Shown here in pieces: positions 63,556 to 64,000 of a DNA stretch of 64,000 nucleotides; positions within the stretch are counted from its first letter, which is position 1, and each line of letters opens with the position of its first letter. The position numbers and the translations under genes are program-made. Origin of the DNA: a virus; the IMG/VR virus record IMGVR_UViG_3300042287_000907, one strand, 5' to 3'. The notes under the pieces were generated by a model, which saw only the letters and a list, made by a program, of their open reading frames with translations, made no database searches and was not told the origin of the DNA.

Positions 63556-64000
63556 ATGAACATACCTTTTCAATCAACCGGTCTCGATAACGATTGGTAT
63601 TACGGTTTCGAGGACGACAAATATATTCTTAAAATCAATCCTGCAGAACACACTAATCTTAATTTCAAAGAAGCATGTATGTTTCTTGCCGGCGAGTTAC
63701 ATAAAAATTTAAAATTTCCAGTTATTTCGCTGAGCGGCGGACTCGATGGTCAAATAGTATTAAATTCGTTCTATGATCAAAACCTAAAAGTAGACTGTGT
63801 GTTTAGACACTATCCTGGGTTTAATGATATAGAACTAGAATGGGTAAACGCTCTACAGAAAAAATACAATTTTAAATTAACTAAAATTGTAATTAATCCA
63901 TACGAAATTAGAGAAGAAATTTTAAAAGAACATCAAGAAACTAAGATCTTTCCTGGCGAATTGATGTATAAAAAATTTGTTTCTATGCTCCCGGAAGACA
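63556..64000 (+). CDS. PP-loop-like protein (3' truncated by window)
   Basis: Read by hand: MNIPFQSTG...VISLSGGLDGQ...; open to the window end. Confidence 0.65.
   Translation, partial: MNIPFQSTGLDNDWYYGFEDDKYILKINPAEHTNLNFKEACMFLAGELHKNLKFPVISLSGGLDGQIVLNSFYDQNLKVDCVFRHYPGFNDIELEWVNALQKKYNFKLTKIVINPYEIREEILKEHQETKIFPGELMYKKFVSMLPED

Noticed and set aside
1-64000. CRISPR array, integrase or IS element
   Set aside because: No regularly spaced direct repeats; the only tandem repeats are in-frame 12-mers inside csgG and the fibre gene; no transposase or recombinase motifs seen

Overview
This 64-kb window is best read as part of a large T4-like (jumbo) bacteriophage genome. Support: dense gene packing, many near-consensus sigma70 promoters plus a recurrent TAAATA late-promoter-like motif, nrdB/glutaredoxin, a cell-wall hydrolase, a fibre-like structural gene, and host-like auxiliary genes (dnaK, hsp20, clpS, clpP, rpsU, rpoZ, cspA, ahpC/ahpD, heme oxygenase plus bilin reductase). 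The host is probably a betaproteobacterium; this is an inference from the TctC/Bug proteins, the ahpC-ahpD type and the tmRNA tag. The window also holds a circularly permuted tmRNA, a curli-like (CsgF/CsgG/curlin) secretion cluster with a CHASE2 adenylate cyclase, an 8-kb array of 30 tRNA genes covering all 20 amino acids (plus one tRNA-like element and several structured spacer RNAs), and an AT-rich enzyme island (PP-loop ATPases, radical SAM, 2OG oxygenases, TctC). The top candidate for a new system lies directly upstream of the tRNA array. Twin promoters drive a 47-codon leader ORF that contains all 20 amino acids and almost never reuses a codon. The leader overlaps a mutually exclusive antiterminator/terminator pair. 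This looks like a ribosome-coupled attenuator that turns on the phage tRNA array when any tRNA becomes limiting. All calls were made by eye, without database searches or folding software.
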